Below are positions 17,731 through 27,952 of a stretch of 64,000 bases of DNA, in pieces; within the stretch, counting starts at the first letter, position 1; the number at the start of each line of letters is the position of its first letter. Origin of the DNA: Candidatus Bathyarchaeia archaeon (lineage in GTDB: Archaea > Thermoproteota > Bathyarchaeia > Bathyarchaeales > Bathycorpusculaceae); contig JAVZLM010000005.1 of assembly GCA_038883775.1 (NCBI GenBank), forward strand, positions 109,634 through 173,633, written 5' to 3'. A program made the position numbers and the translations under genes. The notes beneath the pieces are model-generated. The model was not told the origin of the DNA, did not search any database, and worked only from the letters and a program-made list of their open reading frames with translations.

Positions 17731-19650
17731 TCAAAGCAGCCTAAATGTTTCCATTATTGCCGGTGCGAGCGCTTGGATTCCGCATCTTTTTTGGATGAAG
17801 TTGGCTACGCTTAGGCATTTTGCTCTTTCACCGTGGCAAACAATAACTCTTTCGGGTTTGGGCTTTAGGTTAGTTATGTAGTTGATTATTTGTCTTCGGT
17901 CTGAATGTCCAGAAAAGCCTTCAATGGATTCCACACGCAACCTAACCTTTACAACGTCCATTTTGCCTTCGCTGTTCATCATTGTGACTTCTGTTAAGCC
18001 CTTCTGTACACGCCTTCCTAAGGTGCCCTCAATTTGATAGCTAACAAAGATTATCGAGTTATTCTCGTTTTCAGCTAAGCTTTTGAAATATTCTATTACT
18101 GGACCGCCTTCAAGCATGCCAGAAGTTGCCATAATAATGCATGGCTCTCCATCTATAATGTCTTGTCTAACGTTTGGATGCTCAACGACCGTGAAATAAT
18201 CTGATTGAAAGGGGTTAACTCCCTCATGTAATATGCTGTAGCGAACTTCCCTTCCCAAATATTCTGGATAAGCCGTGTGGATGGCTGTAGCCTCAGAAAT
18301 CATACCTTCAATAAAAACTGGCGCCTCCTTCATTAAACCTCGACGCATATAACCGTCAATAATAAGCATTATTTCCTGAGCCCTTCCAACCGCTGGAACT
18401 GGAATCAAAATTTTACCCTTACGCTCCAAAGTTTCATTTATAATGGCTGTTAAACGTTCTTCCGCTTCAACCCGCGAAGGCATGACATCGTCTGCGCCAC
18501 CGTAGGTGCTTTCGGTTATTACTGTTTCAACCCTTGGAAATTCTGTTGCTGCCGCTTCCAAAAGCATGGTTCTTCCATATTTGTAATCGCCAGTATAGAC
18601 AATGTTGTGTAAGCCTTCGCCGATGTGTAAATGAGCCATGGAAGAGCCGAGAATGTGACCAGCATTGTGGAGGGTTAGGCGAATGTCTGGAGCTATATCC
18701 GTTACAACGCCATAACGTAAAGGAATTGTATGCAGAACGCATTCGCGCACATCCTTCTGGTCATAAGGCGCAATAATGCCTTGTTTGCTGGCTACATCCA
18801 AATAATCCAACTGAAGCAAAGTCATCAAATTTGAAGTTGGAGAAGAACAGTAAACTGGACCATCATAACCATACTTGTAAAGAAAAGGCACAAGACCACA
18901 ATGGTCAAGATGTGCATGAGTTATAACAACGGCATCCAAAGAATCAAGCTCAAAAACTGGATCATCAAACCTTGGAAAAGCCTCAAAAGGTCTAGAAGAG
19001 CCAGGGTTAATTCCACAATCTAAAAGTACGCTGCTTTCCCTTGTCTGGATAAGAAAGGCTGAGCGCCCAACCTCTTGGACCCCGCCCAAAGCTGTAATCC
19101 TAATATCTCCAACCTCGTAAATTTTTGGTCTAAAAATTCTCTCGCCCACAGCCCGAAGGATTTGCTCTCTTTCTTTGCTTTCAGAATGTAGATAGTGACG
19201 CATGTGGGCAACAATCTTCGATCGCAAAGGAGGGCTTCTCAAAACGTGAGGGCGCCACTTAGTGCGCCTAATAATTTCTTGCAAAACCGCCCCGTTCTTT
19301 CCAATAACAAGCCCAGGCTTTTTTGCTTCAATTATGATTTCTCCGAGACTTGGGTCAAAATTTATGTCCGTAACTTCAGCTTCGGCTGGTATTATTTCCC
19401 TTGCAATTCTTTCAGCCTCATTTTCTGGAAGCCTCACAGAAGGGTCGGAGCGCACAACAATCCTTTTTCTTATGATGCCGACTATGTCGGCTATGGTGCT
19501 GCTTTGTTCGACAAGGATTTCTGGTCTTTTAGTGTAAACTGCAAGGGCTGGTCCTTCATATTCTATTCTAGTTACTTCAGCTTCTTTTGGCACGTGTTCT
19601 AGAATGTAGTGGCTTATTTCTACCTTGTCCTTTTCGATGTTAGGTGTCAC
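17731..19650 (-). CDS. fttA: Beta-CASP ribonuclease aCPSF1 / transcription termination factor FttA
   Basis: Two KH domains, THAHLDHCG, NAGHILGS and GFSGHSD; downstream of psmB. Confidence 0.96.
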   Translation of the reverse strand: MTPNIEKDKVEISHYILEHVPKEAEVTRIEYEGPALAVYTKRPEILVEQSSTIADIVGIIRKRIVVRSDPSVRLPENEAERIAREIIPAEAEVTDINFDPSLGEIIIEAKKPGLVIGKNGAVLQEIIRRTKWRPHVLRSPPLRSKIVAHMRHYLHSESKEREQILRAVGERIFRPKIYEVGDIRITALGGVQEVGRSAFLIQTRESSVLLDCGINPGSSRPFEAFPRFDDPVFELDSLDAVVITHAHLDHCGLVPFLYKYGYDGPVYCSSPTSNLMTLLQLDYLDVASKQGIIAPYDQKDVRECVLHTIPLRYGVVTDIAPDIRLTLHNAGHILGSSMAHLHIGEGLHNIVYTGDYKYGRTMLLEAAATEFPRVETVITESTYGGADDVMPSRVEAEERLTAIINETLERKGKILIPVPAVGRAQEIMLIIDGYMRRGLMKEAPVFIEGMISEATAIHTAYPEYLGREVRYSILHEGVNPFQSDYFTVVEHPNVRQDIIDGEPCIIMATSGMLEGGPVIEYFKSLAENENNSIIFVSYQIEGTLGRRVQKGLTEVTMMNSEGKMDVVKVRLRVESIEGFSGHSDRRQIINYITNLKPKPERVIVCHGERAKCLSVANFIQKRCGIQALAPAIMETFRLL

Positions 19651-19664
19651 GATTTTAACTTCCC

Positions 19665-20303
19665 TTAATCTGTTAGAAGCTTTTCTTTCTCCTTCTCACC
19701 CAATTCACGATAACCCTTTTTGTCTATAATTGCAACATTAAAACTGTCGCCGCTTGCAGCATCCCGTTTCATGGCAGAATTAATAGCCTTAACAATTATT
19801 GGCAAAAGCTCAGCCACAGACATGTCCTCCCTATACTTGTCTTCTAAAACGCCGTAAGCTATCGGTGAACCAGAACCCGTGGCAACACACTTTTCTTCTG
19901 TTAAACTTCCAAATGGATCTAACGAATAAACATGAGGTCCAGTGTCATCCACTCCGCCAACAAGAACCTGCGTAAGCAAAGGCGCATATCTTGATGAAAA
20001 TAGAAGGTTTGCCACCAGTCTCGCAGCAGAACTTACTGGTAAGGGTCTGCCCATACTAATTTTGTAAAGCTGTGCATTTGCCGTCAGTATGTCCACAGTT
20101 CTCTGTGCATCTGCAACGGTTCCAGAGATGGTCATTGCCAAATGATCGTCTATTTTGTACACTTTTTTCCCATGTTTATGAGCTACATAAAAACCCATGG
20201 TTACGCGGGTGTCTGAGGCTAGTATTACGCCGTCTTTGCAGACGACGCCTATGGTTGTTGTTCCCTTTAGCATTAATTGATTGGCTATATCTTTATGTGC
20301 CAT
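19665..20303 (-). CDS. psmB: Proteasome subunit beta
   Basis: Propeptide then GTTT catalytic Thr; TGSGS and RDAASG. Confidence 0.97.
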   Translation of the reverse strand: MAHKDIANQLMLKGTTTIGVVCKDGVILASDTRVTMGFYVAHKHGKKVYKIDDHLAMTISGTVADAQRTVDILTANAQLYKISMGRPLPVSSAARLVANLLFSSRYAPLLTQVLVGGVDDTGPHVYSLDPFGSLTEEKCVATGSGSPIAYGVLEDKYREDMSVAELLPIIVKAINSAMKRDAASGDSFNVAIIDKKGYRELGEKEKEKLLTD

Positions 20304-20461
20304 TTTAATTTCCCCTAAAACCTAAATACATCGCGGTTTTACTTCGCTAGGAAGTAGCATCATTTAATCACAACCATGCCATTTATTAACATTACGGTTT
20401 AGAAAAAGCAAGACTTAAACATGAAAGCGAGAAACATAAAGAGAGTTAAAAGCCAATAAAT

Positions 20462-21526
20462 GTGGTTGGTTTGTCTTTAAAACATCATCGCATGCAACTT
20501 CCAAGAGAAGTAATCGTGGGAAAGGGCACCATAGAATGTGCAGCTGACATTTCAAAAAGGTTAGGATTCACAAAATCTGCACTAATAATTGCTGGTTCAA
20601 AAACATATGAAATTGCAGGAAAAACTATCAAAGAACTACTTGAAAAAGAGGGAATAAAAGTTGACACTTTTCTCGTGGAATCAGCTACAGTTAAAGATTT
20701 AGAGGCGGTTGAAGAAAGAATAAGGGTTCTCAAGCCTCAAGTTATTTTTGGGGTTGGTGGAGGAACAAAAATAGATGTTGCAAAATTAAGTTCTGCAAAG
20801 CAGAAAATCCCATTCATTAGCGTTCCAACCACGGCGTCTCACGACGGAATTGCAAGTCCCCTATCCTCTGTGAAAGGGCTAGAAAAGCCATATTCAGTTT
20901 TAGCCCAAGCACCAATAGCCATCATAGCCGACACAAACATAATAATGAAGGCTTCTTGGCGCTTCGCCATAAGCGGCTGCGGAGACGTAATCGCAAAGTT
21001 AACAGCCGTAAGGGATTGGAGACTGGCGCACAAAGAAAATAAAGAGTATTATGGAAGTTATGCTGCAAGCCTCGCCTTAATGAGCGCAAAACTTGTGATG
21101 CAAAACGCAGACCTAATAAAGCCAGAGAGCGAGGAAGGCTTACGAATTTTAATAGAAGCACTGATAAGCTGCGGAGTTTCCATGAGCATTGCCGGAAGTA
21201 GTCGCCCTTGCAGTGGTTCAGAACACCTCTTCAGTCACGCTCTTGACATAACCGCTAAAAAGCACGCCATGCACGGCGAACAATGTGGAGTAGGTACAAT
21301 AATGATGGCGTATTTGCATAGGACTAACTGGAAAAGCATCAAGAATACGCTGAAAAAGTTGGGGGCGCCCACAAACGCTGAGGAGCTTGGAGTGGAAAAG
21401 GAAGATGTTGTGAAGGCTTTGGAGATGGCTGCATCCATAAGACCAGAAAGATATACAATTTTGAGTAAGCTGAAATGGAAAAGGGAAAATTTCGAGAATC
21501 TTGCCAAAACTACGGAGGTTATATAA
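20462..21526 (+). CDS. egsA: Glycerol-1-phosphate dehydrogenase
   Basis: GGGTKIDVAK, PTTASHDG, SRPCSGSEHLFSHALD and HGEQCG. Confidence 0.96.
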   Translation: MVGLSLKHHRMQLPREVIVGKGTIECAADISKRLGFTKSALIIAGSKTYEIAGKTIKELLEKEGIKVDTFLVESATVKDLEAVEERIRVLKPQVIFGVGGGTKIDVAKLSSAKQKIPFISVPTTASHDGIASPLSSVKGLEKPYSVLAQAPIAIIADTNIIMKASWRFAISGCGDVIAKLTAVRDWRLAHKENKEYYGSYAASLALMSAKLVMQNADLIKPESEEGLRILIEALISCGVSMSIAGSSRPCSGSEHLFSHALDITAKKHAMHGEQCGVGTIMMAYLHRTNWKSIKNTLKKLGAPTNAEELGVEKEDVVKALEMAASIRPERYTILSKLKWKRENFENLAKTTEVI

Positions 21527-21530
21527 GCGT

Positions 21531-22247
21531 TTATTGTTCAGCTTCAGTTTTTGGCTGCGCCTTAAAAGTTTCAGTGAATTTTACCATAGTTATTTTTGGG
21601 AAAAACTTTTGTATGTCCATGGCTATGCCCCTTTTTGCCACTTGTATTCCCTCCAAATAGAAGGCTTCTTCTGGCATTTCTATGCTAACAATTTTCTGCC
21701 TAATCGTAAACTTGAACTTTTCCGCTTCCACACCTGGTATTCGCCTATGAATTAGCGCACCAATTTTATCGTTTAATGTTTCAAGTTTCTTTTGAACCTT
21801 AACCTCATAGACTAACGTTTTTCCAGCCAAAGGCGGGTTAAAATCTAATAGGACTCTTCCAGCGCCAACAGCCCTTACAATTGCCATTTTCCCATCATAT
21901 TCTAAACGCATTCCAAGAGTTGGAGTTATGCCCTTAGCTGTCAAATGCCTCAAGGGAACACGCTTGACTTTTTCTGGATCACGAGGTCCAAAGGCTTTTT
22001 CTGGCGGAATCTCCACGGAACTTGTTTTTCCAATCTCCATTGTTGTTAGACTTTCATCCAAAGCCTTGAGAACCCAGCCCTCGCCGATTACTACAAGTTT
22101 AGGCTCGTAAATTTCGCTTTCCTTGTATAAGCGTTCTTTTTTAGCCATTTCTTCAATTGTTGTGTCGAAGACTTCGCCCGTTTCCCTCACTTTTGCAACA
22201 TAGTCGATTAATATGAAGTCGCCCTTTTGCAAACTCATAGGCATCAT
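21531..22247 (-). CDS. FKBP-type peptidyl-prolyl isomerase (long SlyD-like)
   Basis: GEVFDTT, IPPEKAFG and DFNPPLAGKTL. Confidence 0.92.
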   Translation of the reverse strand: MMPMSLQKGDFILIDYVAKVRETGEVFDTTIEEMAKKERLYKESEIYEPKLVVIGEGWVLKALDESLTTMEIGKTSSVEIPPEKAFGPRDPEKVKRVPLRHLTAKGITPTLGMRLEYDGKMAIVRAVGAGRVLLDFNPPLAGKTLVYEVKVQKKLETLNDKIGALIHRRIPGVEAEKFKFTIRQKIVSIEMPEEAFYLEGIQVAKRGIAMDIQKFFPKITMVKFTETFKAQPKTEAEQ

Positions 22248-22348
22248 CTTTTAAAACATCGCAAACATACCTGAAACTTTAATAAAAGCTTTCCCCAAAA
22301 CACATAAGCTTCCTAAACAAATTCCTTACAAGATTAAGGACGAAGATA

Positions 22349-23533
22349 ATGCAGAAAGAAACGCAGTCAAAAATTAACAAAACCGCTTACATGGGCATCC
22401 TCCTCCTAGGAATAGTCAGCCTCATGGGCGACGTGGTTTACGAAGGCTCCGGAGGAATAATCCCAGACTACCTAAAATTTTTAGAAGCAACAGGAGTAAT
22501 CGCAGGACTAGTTGTAGGATTCGGCGAATTTCTCGGAAACGCCTTTAGGCTTTTCAGCGGACTCTTAGCCGACACAACCCGCGCTTATTGGCTTTTCATA
22601 TTTTTAGGTTACGGACTAATAATTTCAGTTCCTCTTTTGGGCGTTTCAACAACCATAGAAATAGCCATAATCCTCATCCTTCTTGAAAGGTTAGGCAAAG
22701 CCCTTAGATCGCCTTCCAGAGACGCAGTCCTATCCATCGTAAGCAAGGACATAGGCGCAGGAAAAGCCTTCGGCATCCACGAGTTTTTAGACCAAGTCGG
22801 CGCCATTCTTGGACCACTTTTGGTTGCTGTTTTAATGTTTTCAACAAAAAACAATTATAGCTACACCTTCAGCTTCCTATTCATACCATTCCTAATCCTG
22901 TTGACAGTTTTAGTCTACACTTACAAGAGAATAGGCTCAAAAACGATAACTGAAACCTTAAAGGCTCCAGAGAGAAAAGAGAAACTTCCAAAATTCTTTT
23001 ACATTTATACGCTTGCTGTTTTAGTGAACACTGTTGGGCTTATGTCGGCTAAACTTATACTTTTTAGGGCTTCTGAACTTCTTAATCCGATTGGGCAGCA
23101 GTGGATTGTGCCTCTCATGTATTTACTAATTCAGGGTGTGGATGCGCCCACAGCTCTTGTGGCGGGATATACCTATGACAAGTTTGGAATAAAGATTCTA
23201 GTTTTACCGTTCGCACTTTCGATTTTTCCAGCATTATTCGCCATGAGCAACAACGAACTCCCATTCCTCATAGCCGCTTCGGTTTTTTCAGGCTTAGTTT
23301 TGGGAATGCAAGAATCCATTTACCGTGCAGCAGTTTCAGAGCTTACGCCCGTTGCTTCTCGAGGCACAGCCTATGGCTTATTTAATGTTGTTTATGGATT
23401 TGGCGAACTTGTCAGCGGTGGAATATTCGGCTTATTCATAGACTTGCAAATGTCTCTTGTTATTGTGATGTTTTATGCTGTGGCATTCCAGATTATGGCG
23501 ATAGCCCTTTTGTTAAGGGTTAAAAGGGAATGA
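22349..23533 (+). CDS. MFS transporter
   Basis: About 12 TM segments; ERLGKALRSPSRDA and GKAFGIHEFLDQVGA. Confidence 0.92.
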   Translation: MQKETQSKINKTAYMGILLLGIVSLMGDVVYEGSGGIIPDYLKFLEATGVIAGLVVGFGEFLGNAFRLFSGLLADTTRAYWLFIFLGYGLIISVPLLGVSTTIEIAIILILLERLGKALRSPSRDAVLSIVSKDIGAGKAFGIHEFLDQVGAILGPLLVAVLMFSTKNNYSYTFSFLFIPFLILLTVLVYTYKRIGSKTITETLKAPERKEKLPKFFYIYTLAVLVNTVGLMSAKLILFRASELLNPIGQQWIVPLMYLLIQGVDAPTALVAGYTYDKFGIKILVLPFALSIFPALFAMSNNELPFLIAASVFSGLVLGMQESIYRAAVSELTPVASRGTAYGLFNVVYGFGELVSGGIFGLFIDLQMSLVIVMFYAVAFQIMAIALLLRVKRE

Positions 23534-23581
23534 AAAGGCTTTATAGAAGAGACGTTTACATGCAGAAAGACGGAATACACC

Positions 23582-24391
23582 ATGAACGTTCAAGATTTCT
23601 TTGAATATTTAGAGTCTCAAACTTTGTTCGGAGTTAGCCTATCCACTATTATTTGGATAATAGCCATAGGCGTTGTGGCGCTCATTTTGGAAAGGGTTAT
23701 AACGAGATATTTGAGAAAGTTTGCAAGAAAAGCGCATTTGGCGCCTTATGTTGCAAACAGCATGGTTTTGACTTTTAGAATACTAATATTGATTGGCGCC
23801 ACGTTCGCCCTATTCAGAGTTGGCGGATTACCCTCCGAATGGATTGTAGCCCTCTCCGCCTTAGGCGGAACAGCCGTTGGTTTCGCGTCAACTCGGACTA
23901 TTGGAAACTTTATTGCCGGACTTTACTTGTTCGCTACAAGACCTTTCAGGGTTGGCGATTATGTCCGCATAGGAACCGTGGAAGGAATAGTTCAAGAAAT
24001 CACAATCAACTACACAAAAATCCTCACGATTGGAAACAATGTGGTCTCAATAAGCAACCTTCAAATCATGGATAGGGATATAACAAATTACTATTACGAA
24101 AGCGAAGAACACATAAACCTTTACTGCTACACTTTTGAGATAGGCTTTGACCATAGCGTTTCAAGCACAAAAATTGCGGAAATCTTCAACGAAGTTTTTG
24201 AAAGATACGTGCATATGCTTCCAGAAAAGCCAAAGTATATGCTCGTTAGGTCAGGTGCTTTCGAAAGGGTTTACATGGTTTATTTGTATGTGGAGCATCC
24301 CGAAGACATTTTTGTTTTGAGACCCCAAATTGTGGAAGAGGTGTTCAAACGCTGGGACATGGAAAGGGAAAAGGCTAAAGGAAAAGCATAG
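23582..24391 (+). CDS. Small-conductance mechanosensitive channel (MscS family)
   Basis: Three TMs; GNFIAGL..RPFRVGDYVRIG..G.V.EI. Confidence 0.9.
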   Translation: MNVQDFFEYLESQTLFGVSLSTIIWIIAIGVVALILERVITRYLRKFARKAHLAPYVANSMVLTFRILILIGATFALFRVGGLPSEWIVALSALGGTAVGFASTRTIGNFIAGLYLFATRPFRVGDYVRIGTVEGIVQEITINYTKILTIGNNVVSISNLQIMDRDITNYYYESEEHINLYCYTFEIGFDHSVSSTKIAEIFNEVFERYVHMLPEKPKYMLVRSGAFERVYMVYLYVEHPEDIFVLRPQIVEEVFKRWDMEREKAKGKA

Positions 24392-24446
24392 TTTATGCAT
24401 GGACAAATGGTAATAAGGCGCTTTCAGCATTGTTACGAATGGGGTA

Positions 24447-24785
24447 ATGCTAAAAATTATGGACTCAAGCACCAAACGCATTGCAATGCAACGCATACAA
24501 ACCCTTTTTCATCTAGCAAAAGAAACTATCAACGAAGACCCTGCCCTAGCACAGCGTTATGTTGACTTAGCCAGAAAAATAGCCATGGCGGCCAAAGTTC
24601 GCCTACCAAGAGAGTATAGGCGTCAAGTTTGTAGGCACTGCAAAAGTTTTATTCTTCCCGGAGTTAATTCCCGTGTGCGAATAAAAAAGCGGCGAGAGCC
24701 CCACTTGGTGATTACTTGTTTAAACTGTGGCAAACACATGCGCATACCATTAAAAACGAAAAAGGAGCAGGATAGTTTTGAATAA
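24447..24785 (+). CDS. rnp4: RNase P protein component 4 (Rpp21)
   Basis: CRHC...PG.N.RVR...CLNCG zinc ribbon. Confidence 0.93.
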   Translation: MLKIMDSSTKRIAMQRIQTLFHLAKETINEDPALAQRYVDLARKIAMAAKVRLPREYRRQVCRHCKSFILPGVNSRVRIKKRREPHLVITCLNCGKHMRIPLKTKKEQDSFE

Positions 24786-25059
24786 ACTAGCTTTTCGAAT
24801 GAGGCGACGAATTAAGCGTAGATTAAGCGGGGAAAAACCCACCATATGGATTGGCAAGAGCGGAGTTTCAAAAGAGCTTTTGAAGGAAGTTGAGAAGCAA
24901 TTGGAAAAGAATGAGATGGTTAAGGTTAAAGTTTTAAAAAGCGCCCTTGAAGGAAATAAGGCGAAGGAAATAGCTTCAAGAATTGCTGAACAGACGGGAG
25001 CATTGTTGGTTGAGATTAGAGGGCACACGTTCATGCTTTATAAGCGCCGCAAAAAGTGA
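24778..25059 (+). CDS. YhbY/CRM RNA-binding protein
   Basis: PTIWIGKSG, EMVKVKVL and RGHTFMLY. Confidence 0.9.
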   Translation: MNKLAFRMRRRIKRRLSGEKPTIWIGKSGVSKELLKEVEKQLEKNEMVKVKVLKSALEGNKAKEIASRIAEQTGALLVEIRGHTFMLYKRRKK

Positions 25060-25114
25060 AAGCCTTTATATTTGGCTTCATGATTTACTGAAGGAAAGCT
25101 AAGAGGATAAGCAT

Positions 25115-25579
25115 TTGAAAACGCCCCATGATGTTCCAGCTTCCAAATTCATCGAAAAACTAGCCAAGTATCTAAAAGAAAATGTTGATGCGGTGAATCC
25201 GCCAAGCTGGGCTAATGTTGTAAAGACTGGCGCGCATGTTCAGAGGCAGCCTCAAAACTCGGACTGGTGGTATGTCCGCTGTGCCTCGTTGCTACGGAAA
25301 ATTTACATTCACGGACCTATTGGCTTGGAGAAGCTTAGGGCTGAGTATGGCGGGAGGAAAGATTTCGGCGTTAAACCGGAGCATGTGGTTAAAGCTGGCG
25401 GCACAATAATAAGGAAGGCTTTACAACAGTTAGAAGCGGCGGGTTTAATTGAAACTGCTAAGCCTCAAGGAAGGAGAATGACAAAGGAAGGCAGGAAACT
25501 TCTGCATGAAATAGCCGAAGATGTGGGTAAGGAACTGGTGAAGGCGATTCCGGAATTAGAGAAATACCAAAAAGGGTGA
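25115..25579 (+). CDS. rps19e: 30S ribosomal protein eS19
   Basis: [22 protein letters not shown] and [10 protein letters not shown]. Confidence 0.97.
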   Translation: MKTPHDVPASKFIEKLAKYLKENVDAVNPPSWANVVKTGAHVQRQPQNSDWWYVRCASLLRKIYIHGPIGLEKLRAEYGGRKDFGVKPEHVVKAGGTIIRKALQQLEAAGLIETAKPQGRRMTKEGRKLLHEIAEDVGKELVKAIPELEKYQKG

Positions 25580-25908
25580 GTGAAATGTCTGAGGACGAGA
25601 GCGAACTGGAAGAGCTTAGGAGAAGAAAACTCTTAGCCTTACAGCAGAAATTGGCTGAGGAGCAAAGGCAAGCGCAGATAGAACAGCAAAAACAGGCTTT
25701 GCTTAGAAAAATACTAACGCCAGACGCCAGACAAAGGCTCACAAACCTTAAAATGGTTAGACCAGAATTTACAGAACAGCTGGAACTTCAGCTAATCCAA
25801 CTGGCACAGCAGGGAAAACTTCCCATACCCTTAACGGATGCTCAATTAAAGCAAATTCTCATTCAACTTCAATCTCAAAGGCGTGAACCACGCATAAGAA
25901 GGATATAG
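25576..25908 (+). CDS. PDCD5-like DNA-binding protein
   Basis: [17 protein letters not shown] motif; usual position after rps19e. Confidence 0.92.
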   Translation: MSEMSEDESELEELRRRKLLALQQKLAEEQRQAQIEQQKQALLRKILTPDARQRLTNLKMVRPEFTEQLELQLIQLAQQGKLPIPLTDAQLKQILIQLQSQRREPRIRRI

Positions 25909-25910
25909 AC

Positions 25911-26066
25911 ATGGCTAGAAACAAACCAACAGCAAAAAAACGGCGACTTGCGAAAGCCGGAAAACAAAAGAAGGCTGTTCCAACATGGGTTATAGCCAAA
26001 ACTGCTGGAAAATTTAGGGCTCATCCCAAGAGAAGGATGTGGAGAATCAGAAAAATAAAGGCTTAG
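25911..26066 (+). CDS. rpl39e: 50S ribosomal protein eL39
   Basis: Not in the ORF track. Manual translation [51 protein letters not shown]. Confidence 0.95.
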   Translation: MARNKPTAKKRRLAKAGKQKKAVPTWVIAKTAGKFRAHPKRRMWRIRKIKA

Positions 26067-26078
26067 AAGGAATAGCCT

Positions 26079-26588
26079 ATGAAAGAAGAAAAAGTTGAAG
26101 AAGAACCAGTTAAAGAGAAAGAAGAAGAGTTAGCGGAAACGATGGAAAAAGCAAAAACTGAAGAAATAGAAGAGGAAGAGAACGAAGAAGTTGAGGAAGC
26201 GGATGAAACAGCAATAACAGAAGAAGAAATGCCGCCGCCACCAAAGGAAGAAGAGGTTAAACCACCGCCACGGGAAGAAAAGCCCGAAGAAGAAATTGTT
26301 GAAGAAAGGATTTACACGATTCCCTTAGGCAAAGCGTGGATTGGCCCGCCAAAAAAGAGGGCGCCCCGAGCCATGCGCATAATTAAGAGTTTTTTGATTA
26401 AGCACATGAAACTTGAGAAGAAAGGAGAAGGCGAAGAGGAAGAAGCGCCTAAAAGACTCATTATTAGTAATGAAGTGAATGAAAAGATTTGGAGCAGAGG
26501 GATAGAGAAGCCTCCGAGGAAAGTTAGGGTTAGGGCTGCAAAAGATAAAGAAGGCAATGTAACGGTTTATTTGGCTGAGGGAGACTAA
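26079..26588 (+). CDS. rpl31e: 50S ribosomal protein eL31 with acidic N-terminal extension
   Basis: ERIYTIPL, KRAPRA and VNEKIWSRGIEKPPRKVRV. Confidence 0.95.
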   Translation: MKEEKVEEEPVKEKEEELAETMEKAKTEEIEEEENEEVEEADETAITEEEMPPPPKEEEVKPPPREEKPEEEIVEERIYTIPLGKAWIGPPKKRAPRAMRIIKSFLIKHMKLEKKGEGEEEEAPKRLIISNEVNEKIWSRGIEKPPRKVRVRAAKDKEGNVTVYLAEGD

Positions 26589-26591
26589 TAT

Positions 26592-27272
26592 TTGGCGGTT
26601 TACCTTTCCAGCCTTTTTGGAAGCCCAAGCATAGGCGTATATTCCCTTTCCACAGACAAGGCGGTAATAATTCCAAAGCTAGTTCCAATTAAAAAGGCTG
26701 AAAGGATTGAAAATTGGCTTAAAGTAAAACTTATCCACACAACCATTGGCGGTTCAGTTCTTGTTGGAGCGCTTGCGTGTGCAAACTCTAATGGGATTTT
26801 GCTTCCCCATTTTGTTAGGGAAGAGGAGCTTGAAATTATAAAATCTGTTTTTGAAGGAAATATAACGGTGATGGAGACAAAGAAAACTGCCTATGGAAAT
26901 ATGGTTTTAGCCAACGATTACGGCGCCATCGTAGACCCAAGACTAAAGAGTGCGGAAATTAAGAAAATTTCTGAAACCTTAGGCGTTGAAGCTGTACAAG
27001 GCGAAATTGCTGGTTTGCCATATGTTGGTTCTTTGGCTTTCGCCACAAACAAGGGTGTTTTGGCTCATCCCATGTTGAAGGGTTCTGAAAGGAAACTTTT
27101 GGAAGAAGTTTTGAAGGTTCCAGTGGACGTGGGCACTGTTAATTGCGGCATTCCATATGTGGGTACTGGTTTGATTGGCAACAGATATGCGGCTGTTGCT
27201 GGTTCCTTAACCACTGGACCCGAGATGTTTATAATTGGGAATGCCTTGGATGTTATGAAAGAGGATGATTAA
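26592..27272 (+). CDS. eif6: Translation initiation factor aIF6
   Basis: GNMVLANDYGAIV, ATNKGVLAHP, GTVNCG and TTGPE. Confidence 0.96.
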   Translation: MAVYLSSLFGSPSIGVYSLSTDKAVIIPKLVPIKKAERIENWLKVKLIHTTIGGSVLVGALACANSNGILLPHFVREEELEIIKSVFEGNITVMETKKTAYGNMVLANDYGAIVDPRLKSAEIKKISETLGVEAVQGEIAGLPYVGSLAFATNKGVLAHPMLKGSERKLLEEVLKVPVDVGTVNCGIPYVGTGLIGNRYAAVAGSLTTGPEMFIIGNALDVMKEDD

Positions 27273-27522
27273 AGTGAAAGTTTTCAGAGTTACCGGCGAA
27301 ATTCGAAAGCCGAACTTGCAATCGCCTTTTAAGAAAGAAGTCATAGCCGTAAAACCAGAACATGCCATAGAAAGGGTTTACGCAGAACTGGGCAGCAAAC
27401 ATAGGGCTAAACGTTTCCAAATAAAAATCCTAAACGTCGAAGAAATTCCAGTTGATGAAATAGAAAATCCGCTTTTACGAAAACTTGTTTTGGGAGAAGA
27501 AGAAGTTGGCAAGCAAAAGTGA
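27265..27522 (+). CDS. rplX: 50S ribosomal protein LX (eL20/L18Ae)
   Basis: AIERVYAELGSKHRAKR..I.I..VEEI; operon context. Confidence 0.92.
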   Translation: MIKVKVFRVTGEIRKPNLQSPFKKEVIAVKPEHAIERVYAELGSKHRAKRFQIKILNVEEIPVDEIENPLLRKLVLGEEEVGKQK

Positions 27523-27952
27523 AGAAGAACTCCGTAAACTAAGCGTTGAAATCCGCTTCTTGGAACAGACAGCAGAGACCATACAATCCAGAATAAACGC
27601 TGTAAACGCCGTCGTAACAGACCTAACCTACGCAAGCATGACATTGGAAGGCTTAGAAAAAGAAAAGGAAAACACGGAACTCCTAGTTCCAATAGGCGGC
27701 AACTCCTACATAAAGGCAAGACTTGAAAACCCAGACAAAGTAATCGTTGGAATGGGGGCTGGCATTTCCCTAGAAAAAACATTGCAAGAGGCAAAAGAAA
27801 TCATTAAAAAACGATTAGAAAACCTGGAGAAAACAAGGAATACCCTTCAACAACAGCTCGCTCAAGTGGCTGAAAGAATTGAAGAAGACAGAGAAAAATT
27901 TGAAACCATAATAGCCGAATTAAGGGAGAGGAAAGCTTCAGAAAATGTTTGA
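27506..27952 (+). CDS. pfdA: Prefoldin alpha subunit
   Basis: ELLVPIGGNSYIKA..DKVIVGMGAG flanked by coiled coils. Confidence 0.94.
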   Translation: MASKSEEELRKLSVEIRFLEQTAETIQSRINAVNAVVTDLTYASMTLEGLEKEKENTELLVPIGGNSYIKARLENPDKVIVGMGAGISLEKTLQEAKEIIKKRLENLEKTRNTLQQQLAQVAERIEEDREKFETIIAELRERKASENV

